Origin: an uncultured Bdellovibrionales bacterium
Lineage (GTDB): Bacteria > Patescibacteriota > Minisyncoccia > Moranbacterales > UBA1568
Length of the DNA stretch: 64,000 nt
Direction of reading: 5' to 3'
NCBI GenBank assembly: GCA_964398485.1
Contig: CAYNMD010000002.1
Coordinates: 7,956 to 71,955, forward strand
The notes under the pieces were generated by a model. The model was given only the letters and a program-made list of their open reading frames with translations. It was not told the DNA's origin and made no database searches. The translations under genes were made by a program, and so were the position numbers. Within the stretch, counting starts at the first letter, position 1, and each line of letters starts with the position of its first letter. Positions 48,411-57,603 of the stretch are shown here, in pieces.

Positions 48411-49253
48411 TCACCGAACAGAATGTGCCCGGGGAATACCGACCAAGTCCCGCAACTTGTTGAAAGCTGCCATGTCGGTTGATGGCCCCTCAGTTGCTCC
48501 GCGTTCTCCTGTCGGTTGATAACTCCAGTAATTCTGGTACAACACGAGAAACGCTTCCATCACCGGCCGAAGCGCACCATTCATCCGAGCTGTTTCCAAC
48601 ACCTCACTCAGCACCTGTTGAGCGCCCGGGTGAAAGGTCTGGATCGCCTGCCAGACGTCATGGACTGTCGTAGGAGATACTCCTAGATCAAGGTGGCTAG
48701 CACACCAAGAAAGACTAGCTCTTTCAGAGGGAGTATCCGCCGGAAGAACTGTCTCCTGAAATATCTGGAGAGCCGACAAGAAGGGCTCTGTGTTACCGGC
48801 AGGTATGAGAGTGATCCCTCCAGATCGGATCAGTCCCGAGCAGTGCTCCATGGTCTGACCATCCGGAAGAACGTACTGAAAGAACATGCTGGTACCAGCT
48901 TCGAAACATCCCACCGGCCGACGAATTCCATCGGCCTCCTGAAAATAGCTTGCCACCCGTGGCACTCGAAGAAGGGAATCCCCTTCACGCCGAACTACTA
49001 CCACAACATCGTGAAGCGATGGCGGACTTACCACCATCAGCTCGTAATAGCCGTCGTTTTCCGTAACCACTTTGATTAGGGTACGCTCCCTAAGAAGATG
49101 GGGTCCAAATTCATGGACAGAAAACAAATCCAGATGTTGTGAAGACTGCACGTTTCGCAGGCCAAGATCAAAAGTCACTGATGCTTGATGAGCGGGCGCT
49201 GTCACTGAAGCCATTGTTTCCTCCTGTTCAACACTAAAACAAGCCTCTTCCAA
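48411..49253 (-). CDS. hypothetical protein (280 aa)
   Basis: Long ORF with protein-like composition, local GC about 52%, no recognisable motif. The alternative start MASVTAP is 13 codons in. Confidence 0.4.
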   Translation of the reverse strand: MEEACFSVEQEETMASVTAPAHQASVTFDLGLRNVQSSQHLDLFSVHEFGPHLLRERTLIKVVTENDGYYELMVVSPPSLHDVVVVVRREGDSLLRVPRVASYFQEADGIRRPVGCFEAGTSMFFQYVLPDGQTMEHCSGLIRSGGITLIPAGNTEPFLSALQIFQETVLPADTPSERASLSWCASHLDLGVSPTTVHDVWQAIQTFHPGAQQVLSEVLETARMNGALRPVMEAFLVLYQNYWSYQPTGERGATEGPSTDMAAFNKLRDLVGIPRAHSVR

Positions 49254-49380
49254 AGAGACCGACTGAATTCAAAGAACCATATCTTTATACTATATAAAGA
49301 TATTTATGTCAATACCAAATCAATACCCTCAAATGCCAACCATACTCAAAGGAAAGAGGGTTGTACAGTCTTGAATGAAT

Positions 49381-51450
49381 TTAGACGTCCAAGTTCTTTA
49401 CGCCCTTGGCATGAGTCTGGATAAAACGGCGGCGTGGTTCGACTTCATTACCCATAAGGACATCGAAAAGACGATCGGCTTCCTCAGCATCGTCAATCGA
49501 AACCTGGAGCATAACCCGATTATCAGGATTCATCGTCGTCTCCCAAAGCTGATCTGGGTTCATTTCACCGAGACCTTTGTATCGCTGAATATTGATACCG
49601 GCGACCGTCTCAGTCCCCTCGCTCGGCGCTTCTCCTTCAACGAGAGCACCAGCTACTGCTTCATTGGTACTCGTCTCAACCGCCTTTGCCTGTTTGGCTT
49701 GCTTTTCTTTTTTTGTTGCTTCAGCCAAAGCCTTCATTTCTTCAACTACGCGCAGTTTCTCATCTTCGTTATAGACATAACGAACCGTCTTCCCCTTCTG
49801 GAGTCGATAGAGTGGTGGCTGAGCAATATAGATATGTCCACCCCGAACGAGTTCTTCAAAATAACGGTAGAAAAAAGTGAGGAGCAGCGTTCGGATATGT
49901 GAACCATCAACGTCGGCGTCGGCCATGATAATGATGCGGTGATAGCGGAGGCGAGAAATATCAAACGTTTCACCAATACCCACTCCGAGGGCGATAATAA
50001 TAGGCTTGAGAGTATCTGACTTCACCACTTTATCAAGCGACGTTTTCTCGACGTTTACAAGTTTCCCCCGCAGCGGCAAAATAGCCTGAAATTCACGGTT
50101 TCGTCCCTGCTTGGCCGAACCACCAGCAGAGTCTCCCTCTACGATGTAGAGTTCGCTCCGACTCGCATCTTTACTTGAACAATCAGCCAATTTTCCTGGG
50201 AGTGTCATTCCTTCCAATGCACCTTTTCGGATGACGGCATCCTTGGCTGCCCGAGCCGCAATGCGAGCCCTCACCGTGAGGAGACACTTCTCGACAATTC
50301 CCTTGGCATTGGCTGGATGCTGCTCGAGATACTCGGTAAATGCTTCAAAAACAACTGTCTGAACAATACCGCGTACCTCGGAGTTATTCAGCTTATCCTT
50401 GGTCTGTCCCTCGAACTGAGGATTGGCGAGCTTCACCGAAACGACAGCCGTCAATCCTTCTCGAAGATCGTCAGCCGTAAAAGCTCCTTCTTTTTCTTTA
50501 ATTAAATTTCCTTTCTTGGCGTAATCGTTGAGCACTCGAGTCAGGGCCATCTTGAGGCCAGTAACATGTGTCCCTCCACCAGGATTAACGATGTTATTCG
50601 CAAAGGCAAAGAGGTGTTCCTTGAAACCATCCGTGTACTGGAGCGATGCCTCGACATAGATCCCATCTACTGTTTTCTCAACATAAAATGGCATCTGGTT
50701 TTTTACTTCCTTGCCACGATTGAGGAATTTCACAAAAGAGATAATTCCTGAATCGAAGTAAAATCCATGACGAATTGCTTTATGCTCATCGGCCGGTGTT
50801 ATTACCTGACGCTTATCTTCGCAAGTAATCCGGACACCCTTGGTGAGGAAAGCCTGAAAACGAAGATACTCCAGAATTTTATTCCAACTGTAAGTAATCT
50901 CGGGAAAAATTTCTGGATCAGCCTGAAAAGCAACGGTCGTACCGGTACGATCAGATTTACCAATAGGCTTCACGTCTGCTTGGGGCTTACCACGCTTGTA
51001 TTCCTGAAGCCACACCTTACCCTGTCGCTCTACGGTTACTTTGGTATGTACTGAAAGAGCATTCACCACGGAAACACCTACACCATGCAATCCTCCAGAA
51101 ATTTTATAGCCGTCACCACCAAACTTTCCACCTGCATGAAGTACCGTGAGCACTGTTTCCAAAGTTGACTTCTTCGTTTGAGGATGGATATCAACAGGGA
51201 TACCGCGACCATTATCGATCACTTCTATCCAATTATCAGGCAAAAGGCGAACCGTAATATCGGTACAATAGCCGGCCATCGCCTCATCAATAGAGTTGTT
51301 GACCACTTCCCAGATAAGATGGTGGAGCCCTTCAGTCGAGGTGCCACCAATATACATACCAGGACGCTTCCGTACTGGATCTAGTCCCTCCAAGACTTGA
51401 ATTGAATGGGCACCATATTGTTCCTTATTCTTTTTGCTCTCTGTTGCCAT
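49381..51450 (-). CDS. gyrB: DNA gyrase subunit B
   Basis: GHKL ATPase, Toprim (EGDSAGG) and C-terminal domains. Start trimmed to MATESKKNKEQYGAHSIQVLEGL at 51450. Confidence 0.95.
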   Translation of the reverse strand: MATESKKNKEQYGAHSIQVLEGLDPVRKRPGMYIGGTSTEGLHHLIWEVVNNSIDEAMAGYCTDITVRLLPDNWIEVIDNGRGIPVDIHPQTKKSTLETVLTVLHAGGKFGGDGYKISGGLHGVGVSVVNALSVHTKVTVERQGKVWLQEYKRGKPQADVKPIGKSDRTGTTVAFQADPEIFPEITYSWNKILEYLRFQAFLTKGVRITCEDKRQVITPADEHKAIRHGFYFDSGIISFVKFLNRGKEVKNQMPFYVEKTVDGIYVEASLQYTDGFKEHLFAFANNIVNPGGGTHVTGLKMALTRVLNDYAKKGNLIKEKEGAFTADDLREGLTAVVSVKLANPQFEGQTKDKLNNSEVRGIVQTVVFEAFTEYLEQHPANAKGIVEKCLLTVRARIAARAAKDAVIRKGALEGMTLPGKLADCSSKDASRSELYIVEGDSAGGSAKQGRNREFQAILPLRGKLVNVEKTSLDKVVKSDTLKPIIIALGVGIGETFDISRLRYHRIIIMADADVDGSHIRTLLLTFFYRYFEELVRGGHIYIAQPPLYRLQKGKTVRYVYNEDEKLRVVEEMKALAEATKKEKQAKQAKAVETSTNEAVAGALVEGEAPSEGTETVAGINIQRYKGLGEMNPDQLWETTMNPDNRVMLQVSIDDAEEADRLFDVLMGNEVEPRRRFIQTHAKGVKNLDV

Positions 51451-51463
51451 ACACGATAATAGT

Positions 51464-51847
51464 TTAGCGTCTAAAGGATAGAATACGTCGACAAGTAAGT
51501 TCAATAAGAAGGATGAACACAAAACCGAGGCAAGCTGCCCACCATGTTAGTACTCGCCAATACTGCGCTGCGAGTACGAGGGTAACGAATAGGGCCAAAA
51601 GCCCCCCTTGCCTCAAGGCGCTCCCCTGATAAGAAGCCGTTCGGACTTCTCCTAAAAATCGTAAAGCAAGGCTCGTAAGCAGGAGGTAGATCGTGCTTCC
51701 ACATAAAAGGAAAATCACCCCGAAGACCAAGGCAATACCCGCACGGTTGAGTGTATCCGGGTCTACCGCTACCCCCACCGAGAGTAAAAAGCAAAATGAA
51801 AGCACTAAAACTAGCCAGCTCGCAATACGTGTCAGACGAAGGTACAT
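51464..51847 (-). CDS. hypothetical small membrane protein (4 predicted TM helices)
   Basis: 127 aa, strongly hydrophobic segments. The competing overlapping frame (51501..51851) is low-complexity. Confidence 0.35.
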   Translation of the reverse strand: MYLRLTRIASWLVLVLSFCFLLSVGVAVDPDTLNRAGIALVFGVIFLLCGSTIYLLLTSLALRFLGEVRTASYQGSALRQGGLLALFVTLVLAAQYWRVLTWWAACLGFVFILLIELTCRRILSFRR

Positions 51848-52005
51848 ACAAAGGGTGAAAAATAACTAGCTACCCTCCCTCCTATGGTACAGGTTTTTCC
51901 ATGAGCTGACAAGTCAATTTATGGCTTGTAAAAAGCAAAAAATGAGCGATTTACTGCTCATTTACTGCCCATAGTCACGTTAGAAGGATGCCCTCAAAAG
52001 TGTCC

Positions 52006-52563
52006 CTACGCACGGGAAACATACTCTCCCTTTTCCGTGTTTACTATAATCCGGTCTCCTGTTTTAACAAAAAGAGGGGTAGTCACCGTAAGACCCGTTT
52101 CTAGAGTAACCACTTTGTCCCCACCCGAAGCAGTATCGCCCTTGATCCCCGGAGGAGCATCTGTCACGAGAAAAGTCATCTTTATTGGAAGTTCAACATT
52201 AATCGGCTTCTCATTCCACTTGAGAATAGTCACTTCTGTACCATCTACTAAATAATTAGCACTGTCACCGAGAATATCTCCCGACAGGGTAAACTGTTCA
52301 TAACTCTCCATATCCATAAAAGAATACTCTTCTCCTTGATGATAGAGGTACTGCGCAGTTGCTCGGCTCACTTCAGCCTCATCAGCCATCTCTGCCCCCT
52401 TAAAAGTGTAGTCAATAATAGCACCATTTAAGAGATTCTTGAGCTTGGTCCGAAGGACAGCTCGCTGGGGACCAGTTTTAGAATGCTGATACTCAAGCAC
52501 CAGGTGTGGCTCATCACGGAAGATGATTTTCTTACCAGTTTTGATTTCTGTAAGAGAAAGCAT
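52006..52563 (-). CDS. efp: elongation factor P
   Basis: 185 aa, KTGKKIIF...KOW and two OB domains, canonical. Confidence 0.9.
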   Translation of the reverse strand: MLSLTEIKTGKKIIFRDEPHLVLEYQHSKTGPQRAVLRTKLKNLLNGAIIDYTFKGAEMADEAEVSRATAQYLYHQGEEYSFMDMESYEQFTLSGDILGDSANYLVDGTEVTILKWNEKPINVELPIKMTFLVTDAPPGIKGDTASGGDKVVTLETGLTVTTPLFVKTGDRIIVNTEKGEYVSRA

Positions 52564-52643
52564 AGTAATTCGAGGAGATCATCAAGAAGAGTATCGTAAG
52601 GATATCCCCTATCCTTCTTGATTCTCAAATCTTTTATTCTGAT

Positions 52644-52859
52644 TTATTTAACCGTGTAGGGAACGAGGGCCATGTAACGAGCACGCTTGATAGCCTCAAC
52701 TAAATGCCTCTGCTCTCGAGCAGTAAGTCCAAATCGCTTTGGAGGATAAATCTTTCCTTGTGAGTTTAGGAAACGACGAAGAAAATAGGCATCTTTGTAG
52801 TCTACCTTAGCTAACTTCTTACGGGATGTTTGATCAAGTGTCATAGAAACAAAAATCAA
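52644..52859 (-). CDS. rpsR: 30S ribosomal protein S18
   Basis: DYKDAYFLRRFLNSQGKIYPPKRFGLTAREQRHLVEAIKRAR canonical. Confidence 0.85.
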   Translation of the reverse strand: MIFVSMTLDQTSRKKLAKVDYKDAYFLRRFLNSQGKIYPPKRFGLTAREQRHLVEAIKRARYMALVPYTVK

Positions 52860-52877
52860 TAAATTACATACATTACT

Positions 52878-53351
52878 TTAGAACGGAACATCTTCTATCT
52901 TTATTTCCTTCTCATCATCGAGATTGATGGTTGGGATTTCTTCATCCTTCACTACGGGCGCTGCCTTGGCTGGCGTAGACTGGACAGAGGGACGACCGGC
53001 ACCACTACTCGATCCTTGGCCAGCAGCTCTACTCCCCAGCTGCATCGTCTCGCCAACAATTTCTACTGCCTTACGCTCAACCCCATCTTTACCGGTATAA
53101 GTCCGTGTTTGAAGCCGTCCTTCGACATAACACTCCTGGCCCTTGGTCAGGTATTGACCAGCAACCTCTGCAAGCTTTCCCCATAAAACCACCGTATGAT
53201 ATTCAGTCTTCTCTTGTCGCTGTCCGCTCTTATCGGTCCAATAGTTGTTTGTTGCCATCCCGATTGTGGCTACCGATTGACCCGATGGAGTACTTCTTAT
53301 CTCTGGGTCACGAGTAAGACGACCAACGAGGATAACTTTATTGACGTTCAT
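52878..53351 (-). CDS. ssb: single-stranded DNA-binding protein
   Basis: MNVNKVILVGRLTRDPE OB fold, Gly-rich linker, acidic C-terminal tip ...DVPF. Confidence 0.85.
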   Translation of the reverse strand: MNVNKVILVGRLTRDPEIRSTPSGQSVATIGMATNNYWTDKSGQRQEKTEYHTVVLWGKLAEVAGQYLTKGQECYVEGRLQTRTYTGKDGVERKAVEIVGETMQLGSRAAGQGSSSGAGRPSVQSTPAKAAPVVKDEEIPTINLDDEKEIKIEDVPF

Positions 53352-53434
53352 ATGAGTTAGATTTTATGGGTTAGAATACTTGAGTTTCACAAGCCCACTA
53401 CTCTGTGCAATTACTCATTCCTCTCACCAAACGA

Positions 53435-53974
53435 CTAGATATCCAAAACCTGTGAAAGCTGCTTATCCATTTCTTCTTTGGTCACTGTCTTCTCAGCTTC
53501 TGTTGGAGCCACTGGCTTCGGAGGAGCGGAAGCAATAAAGTTTGGGTCATGTTCAGCTGCCTGACGATCTTTGCGCAGAGAGCGTCCGTTGCGAGCTTCT
53601 TTACGATTATATTCAGATCGTTCAATTGGCTTCAGCTCTGGCAAATCATCAGCCCGGAGGAAAAGCGCTCGAAGGACATCCTTAGAAAGACTGATCTTCC
53701 GAGTGAAGTAGGCGATAGCATCGCCCTCTGCGTTTTGCTTCTCAAAATCTTCACCAACAAGTTCGCTTTTATCGGGAAGCGTAAAACGACGAGCGACATA
53801 AAACCCTCGCGTCTCTCCCTTAATTTCATAAGCAAGACGACGCTTGTCAGAAGTCTCGGGAGCCAAAAACACACCTCCCCGCTCCTGAACAAGAGCCTCG
53901 ATTTCGGTGCGAATCCGTGGCAACTCAGCTTCTTTCGTCTCACCAACCAGATAGAACAATTCGTACTCACGCAT
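53435..53974 (-). CDS. rpsF: 30S ribosomal protein S6 (with C-terminal extension)
   Basis: MREYELFYLV canonical S6 N-terminus. Start trimmed to the ATG at 53974. The rpsF-ssb-rpsR order is conserved. Confidence 0.8.
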   Translation of the reverse strand: MREYELFYLVGETKEAELPRIRTEIEALVQERGGVFLAPETSDKRRLAYEIKGETRGFYVARRFTLPDKSELVGEDFEKQNAEGDAIAYFTRKISLSKDVLRALFLRADDLPELKPIERSEYNRKEARNGRSLRKDRQAAEHDPNFIASAPPKPVAPTEAEKTVTKEEMDKQLSQVLDI

Positions 53975-54202
53975 ACGTAAATAGTACTTAAAACCAATTA
54001 ACTTTCCTTGTCTTAAAAAGACGAGATCTTGTAAACAAAAAACCAGCCACAAAAGATAAAGTCGGCTGGACGATGCTGCGTTCCTATCTCCCAACCTCTC
54101 TCTAAAAGGGGGAGCGGGACCGCTATGGACTTCATCAGTTGTGCCAAGAGTCTACCAGAGTTTGTTTTTTCTGTCAACTCGAGAAAAATACCAAGTTATC
54201 TC

Positions 54203-55480
54203 CTAGCTAAAGAGCTTCTTATAATTCTTGGCCCAATAGACAATTCCAGAGTAGTAGTGGTTGTTGAAATTACCGAGATAATTGATAGAAGCCCTGCGGA
54301 TGACCGATTCCTTATCCGACGTAGCTCCTGCTTTACGAAGCTTGAGAGCCATCGCCATCACCCCATCAGTAAGATTCCATGGATCAGGATTCTTGTGGCC
54401 GGTCTTTGATCGAATTTCTCCTTCATACCCCCGCCATACATCAGACATAAACTGAGCTACGCCCATAGCTCCTCCCTGACCAATATAGTTTGGCGAACAA
54501 GATACCTTTTTATTCTTATTGTATCCAAGCTCATCAACAATTTCATAAAACATATCTCTTCTCTTATACAAAAGATTGATGGAATTTTTGTACTTACTCC
54601 CATACTTTTTGTACCGAGCAACAGAAACCTTTTCTACCTCTTTGTACGTACACTGGCCCGTATTGGCCCCGAGGTTGGTTTCCATCTTTAGAAAGCCATA
54701 GAGCACTCCTTCTGGTACGCCAGTTTTATCACTCGCATACTCAACCGCTTCACGAATATCTTTAGCGTTATACGATTTCCCCGTAAGAACAGAGAGGTCT
54801 CCTTGGAGTTCCTTGAGCTCTTTTTGAAGTCGGCTAATAATTTTTTCCTGTTCAGCGACATCACCTAGGACCTCAGCTCTGTCAGAAACAAGTTCCTGCT
54901 TCTGTTCTGTCTTGGTTTCAAGCAATTCCTGATGATCAGCCTTAGCCTCTTCTAAGGCAATTTTTTCTGTAGCTGTTTCCTGTTGACGACTCTCAAGAGA
55001 ATCAAGGAGATCACCAATTCTCTCCTTCACCGACATCAAACGATCTGGATGATTGATGAGGCTCGTAAAATTATCTTGAGAGAAAAGAAATTCCGGCACC
55101 GTAGCATAGCCCTCGTAATAGAGGTCCTGAATGAGGCCAGTAAGAAGTGCTCGCTCTTCTGCAATTTTAGCTTCCAGGAGCTCTATTTCGGCGGCTTTAC
55201 GCTCGATAGTATTTTCTGCCTGCTTAATCTTTATCTGAGCCTCAGCAATTGCTCGTTCAGTCTGCGAAAGGGATGAGCTCAGAGCCTTTACTTCCCGTTC
55301 GAGAGCTGTTTTCCTCTCCTCGGCTCGTTTGAGCTTCTTCTCAACGTCAGAAATATCATCTTTGATATCATCGACATTCTCAGCGGCAGAAATCTCTCTT
55401 TCGGGATACAACAAAAACCATCCTCCTACAAGAAAAATACTAGCCACTAAAATTTTTAGAGTATGTGTTTTTGTCTGCAT
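54203..55480 (-). CDS. secreted coiled-coil protein with C-terminal lytic-transglycosylase (lysozyme-like) domain
   Basis: N-terminal signal/TM, about 250 aa of heptad repeats, C-terminal ...GFLKMETNLGA...AMGVAQFM... resembling the SLT catalytic-Glu region. Confidence 0.55.
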   Translation of the reverse strand: MQTKTHTLKILVASIFLVGGWFLLYPEREISAAENVDDIKDDISDVEKKLKRAEERKTALEREVKALSSSLSQTERAIAEAQIKIKQAENTIERKAAEIELLEAKIAEERALLTGLIQDLYYEGYATVPEFLFSQDNFTSLINHPDRLMSVKERIGDLLDSLESRQQETATEKIALEEAKADHQELLETKTEQKQELVSDRAEVLGDVAEQEKIISRLQKELKELQGDLSVLTGKSYNAKDIREAVEYASDKTGVPEGVLYGFLKMETNLGANTGQCTYKEVEKVSVARYKKYGSKYKNSINLLYKRRDMFYEIVDELGYNKNKKVSCSPNYIGQGGAMGVAQFMSDVWRGYEGEIRSKTGHKNPDPWNLTDGVMAMALKLRKAGATSDKESVIRRASINYLGNFNNHYYSGIVYWAKNYKKLFS

Positions 55481-55501
55481 AGAGGAAATCCCCTATTACC
55501 A

Positions 55502-56509
55502 CTAACCTTCGAGCTCTTTTACTTTCTTCCAAACTGCCTTCTCAATTTCCTTGCCTATTTTGTTGTTTTCTTTGAGGAAAGTTCTCGCTTGTTCGCGGCC
55601 CACCCCAAGCTTCACCTCGCCAAAGAAATGAGAGTTACCTTGTTTCTTAATGATTTCGTATTTCAGTCCGGTATCAAGAACATCGTCAGCCCACGAGATG
55701 CCTTCATTGTACATAATGAAGAAACTCGTTGTTTTGAAAGGAGGAGCCACCTTATTTTTTGCAATCTTCACGTTGACCTGATTACCCACAACCTCTTCAC
55801 CTTTCTTTACCTGCGCGCTCTTCCTTACCTCTACCCGAATAGAGGAATAGAATTTGAGCGCATTACCACCTGTAGTTGTCTCGGGATTCCCAAACATCAC
55901 CCCGATTTTCATGCGAAGCTGATTGATAAAAATAACTACGACATTGCTTTTGGCAATGATCGCCGTCAACTTTCTTAGCGCCTGAGACATAAGCCTAGCC
56001 TGGCGACCCACATGTTGGTCACCCATTTCCCCTTCAATTTCTGCTTTTGGCACCAGGGCAGCAACTGAGTCAACCACCACAACATCTACAGCATTTGAGC
56101 GGACAAGTGTCTCGACAATATCGAGAGCCTGTTCTCCTGAATCTGGTTGAGAAATGAGCAAATTATTCACATTTACACCAATACGCTTAGCATACTCAGG
56201 ATCAAGTGCGTGCTCAGCATCGATAAATGCAGCCACCCCTCCGGCTCTCTGGGCGTTGGCTATAGTATGAAGCGTGAGAGTGGTCTTTCCTGATGATTCT
56301 GGACCATACACCTCAATAATACGACCTCGAGGCATTCCTCCGATACCCAGAGCGATATCAAGAGAAAGTGATCCGGTCGGAATAGCCTCGACATCCACTT
56401 TACGGACATCACCAAGCTTCATGATCATCCCCTCGCCAAACTTCCCTTTAATCTCATCAACAATCGCATCAATGCTCTTCTTGGTATCACCTGACTTCTC
56501 CTTTGGCAT
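55502..56509 (-). CDS. recA: recombinase RecA
   Basis: 335 aa, GPESSGKTT Walker A, L1/L2 loops, canonical. Confidence 0.95.
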   Translation of the reverse strand: MPKEKSGDTKKSIDAIVDEIKGKFGEGMIMKLGDVRKVDVEAIPTGSLSLDIALGIGGMPRGRIIEVYGPESSGKTTLTLHTIANAQRAGGVAAFIDAEHALDPEYAKRIGVNVNNLLISQPDSGEQALDIVETLVRSNAVDVVVVDSVAALVPKAEIEGEMGDQHVGRQARLMSQALRKLTAIIAKSNVVVIFINQLRMKIGVMFGNPETTTGGNALKFYSSIRVEVRKSAQVKKGEEVVGNQVNVKIAKNKVAPPFKTTSFFIMYNEGISWADDVLDTGLKYEIIKKQGNSHFFGEVKLGVGREQARTFLKENNKIGKEIEKAVWKKVKELEG

Positions 56510-56533
56510 ACAACAGACAATAATAATTACGAA

Positions 56534-57502
56534 TTACTGAGACAATACACCTGTTTTTATTTTTTCAAGCTCTGCTCTACCATACGTAACCTCTCCTTCT
56601 TCGGAGGATGGCAAAGGCAGTATCACCTCTCCAACCTGAAGACTAAGTAGCTGGACGTCCGTAGAGGCGATCTTCAGACGATCCTGGACCCGAAACTCCT
56701 CTTCTTTTCCCTTATCCCAAGGGCCATTCCATACTACCACACCGTCTGCCTCAAGCGTTACCTCCTCAATCGCTGCCTTAGCTAGCACCCTCACTGCAAT
56801 AGCCTCCAATTGAGGCATTGCTACCGCAGCGTTATTTTCTATTGTCAGAACCACTTCTTTGGTTTTATCAAATCTGTTGGTAGCAGCCACCTTGAGTATA
56901 TTTGACCCTGGCTGAAGAGTAATTTTTTCCTGGAAAGCACCTCCGGCATCAACAAAAACTGGCTCACCGTTGAGCGATATCTGAGCGCCAAGATCTGTTT
57001 TACCAACCACTACAACACTTCCCTCACTCACTACTTGCCCAGGTGTTGGCGTCGTAATCACCAAATGAGGCTCAGCTACAAACGCACGAAGCTCACTAAA
57101 TAAATACCAGAATGTTCCAAAGAGGATAAGGGCTATCGCGGTGAAAAGAACTGTCCTCGGAGTTATCACCCACGCCTTTCCCGAGACCAATGATTTTGGC
57201 TCTGGCTTAACCTCTTCTTTCCCAAGATGTTCCCTAATGTGTTTCTCTTTATCATAAAGCTTGATAAAGGCGTCATCCTCCAAACCAAGATATCGTGCAT
57301 AGCTCCGTAAAAACCCACGAACATAGACTTCTGCCGGGAGATCTCGATGATCCCCACTCTCCAGCGCCTCAAGGTACTTCACCTGAATACGGGTTGCTTT
57401 GGAAATATCAACGAGACTCATTCGATACTGAGATCTTAATTTAATAAGTTTCTCTCCGAGAGTGAGAGACTCTACTTTTTTTCGAATGAATCCATCGGTC
57501 AT
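56534..57502 (-). CDS. rodZ: RodZ-like cytoskeleton protein (HTH-XRE plus TM plus periplasmic domain)
   Basis: N-terminal HTH (LGEKLIKLRSQYRMSLVDISKATRIQVKYLEALE), single TM, C-terminal beta-rich domain. Confidence 0.6.
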   Translation of the reverse strand: MTDGFIRKKVESLTLGEKLIKLRSQYRMSLVDISKATRIQVKYLEALESGDHRDLPAEVYVRGFLRSYARYLGLEDDAFIKLYDKEKHIREHLGKEEVKPEPKSLVSGKAWVITPRTVLFTAIALILFGTFWYLFSELRAFVAEPHLVITTPTPGQVVSEGSVVVVGKTDLGAQISLNGEPVFVDAGGAFQEKITLQPGSNILKVAATNRFDKTKEVVLTIENNAAVAMPQLEAIAVRVLAKAAIEEVTLEADGVVVWNGPWDKGKEEEFRVQDRLKIASTDVQLLSLQVGEVILPLPSSEEGEVTYGRAELEKIKTGVLSQ

Positions 57503-57603
57503 AGCTATAAAACCCGTAACTAATAAGAATTAAGCATAGAGAATAACCCCTTGGTCGTCAAACGGGACAATAGGCTGTAGCACCCTCGTAAACCAACTGA
57601 ATT

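Noticed and set aside
51501-51851. 116-aa alternative frame of the small membrane protein upstream of gyrB
   Set aside because: Gly/Pro/Ser-rich with no hydrophobic periodicity. The 51464..51847 frame gives a coherent 4-TM protein instead.
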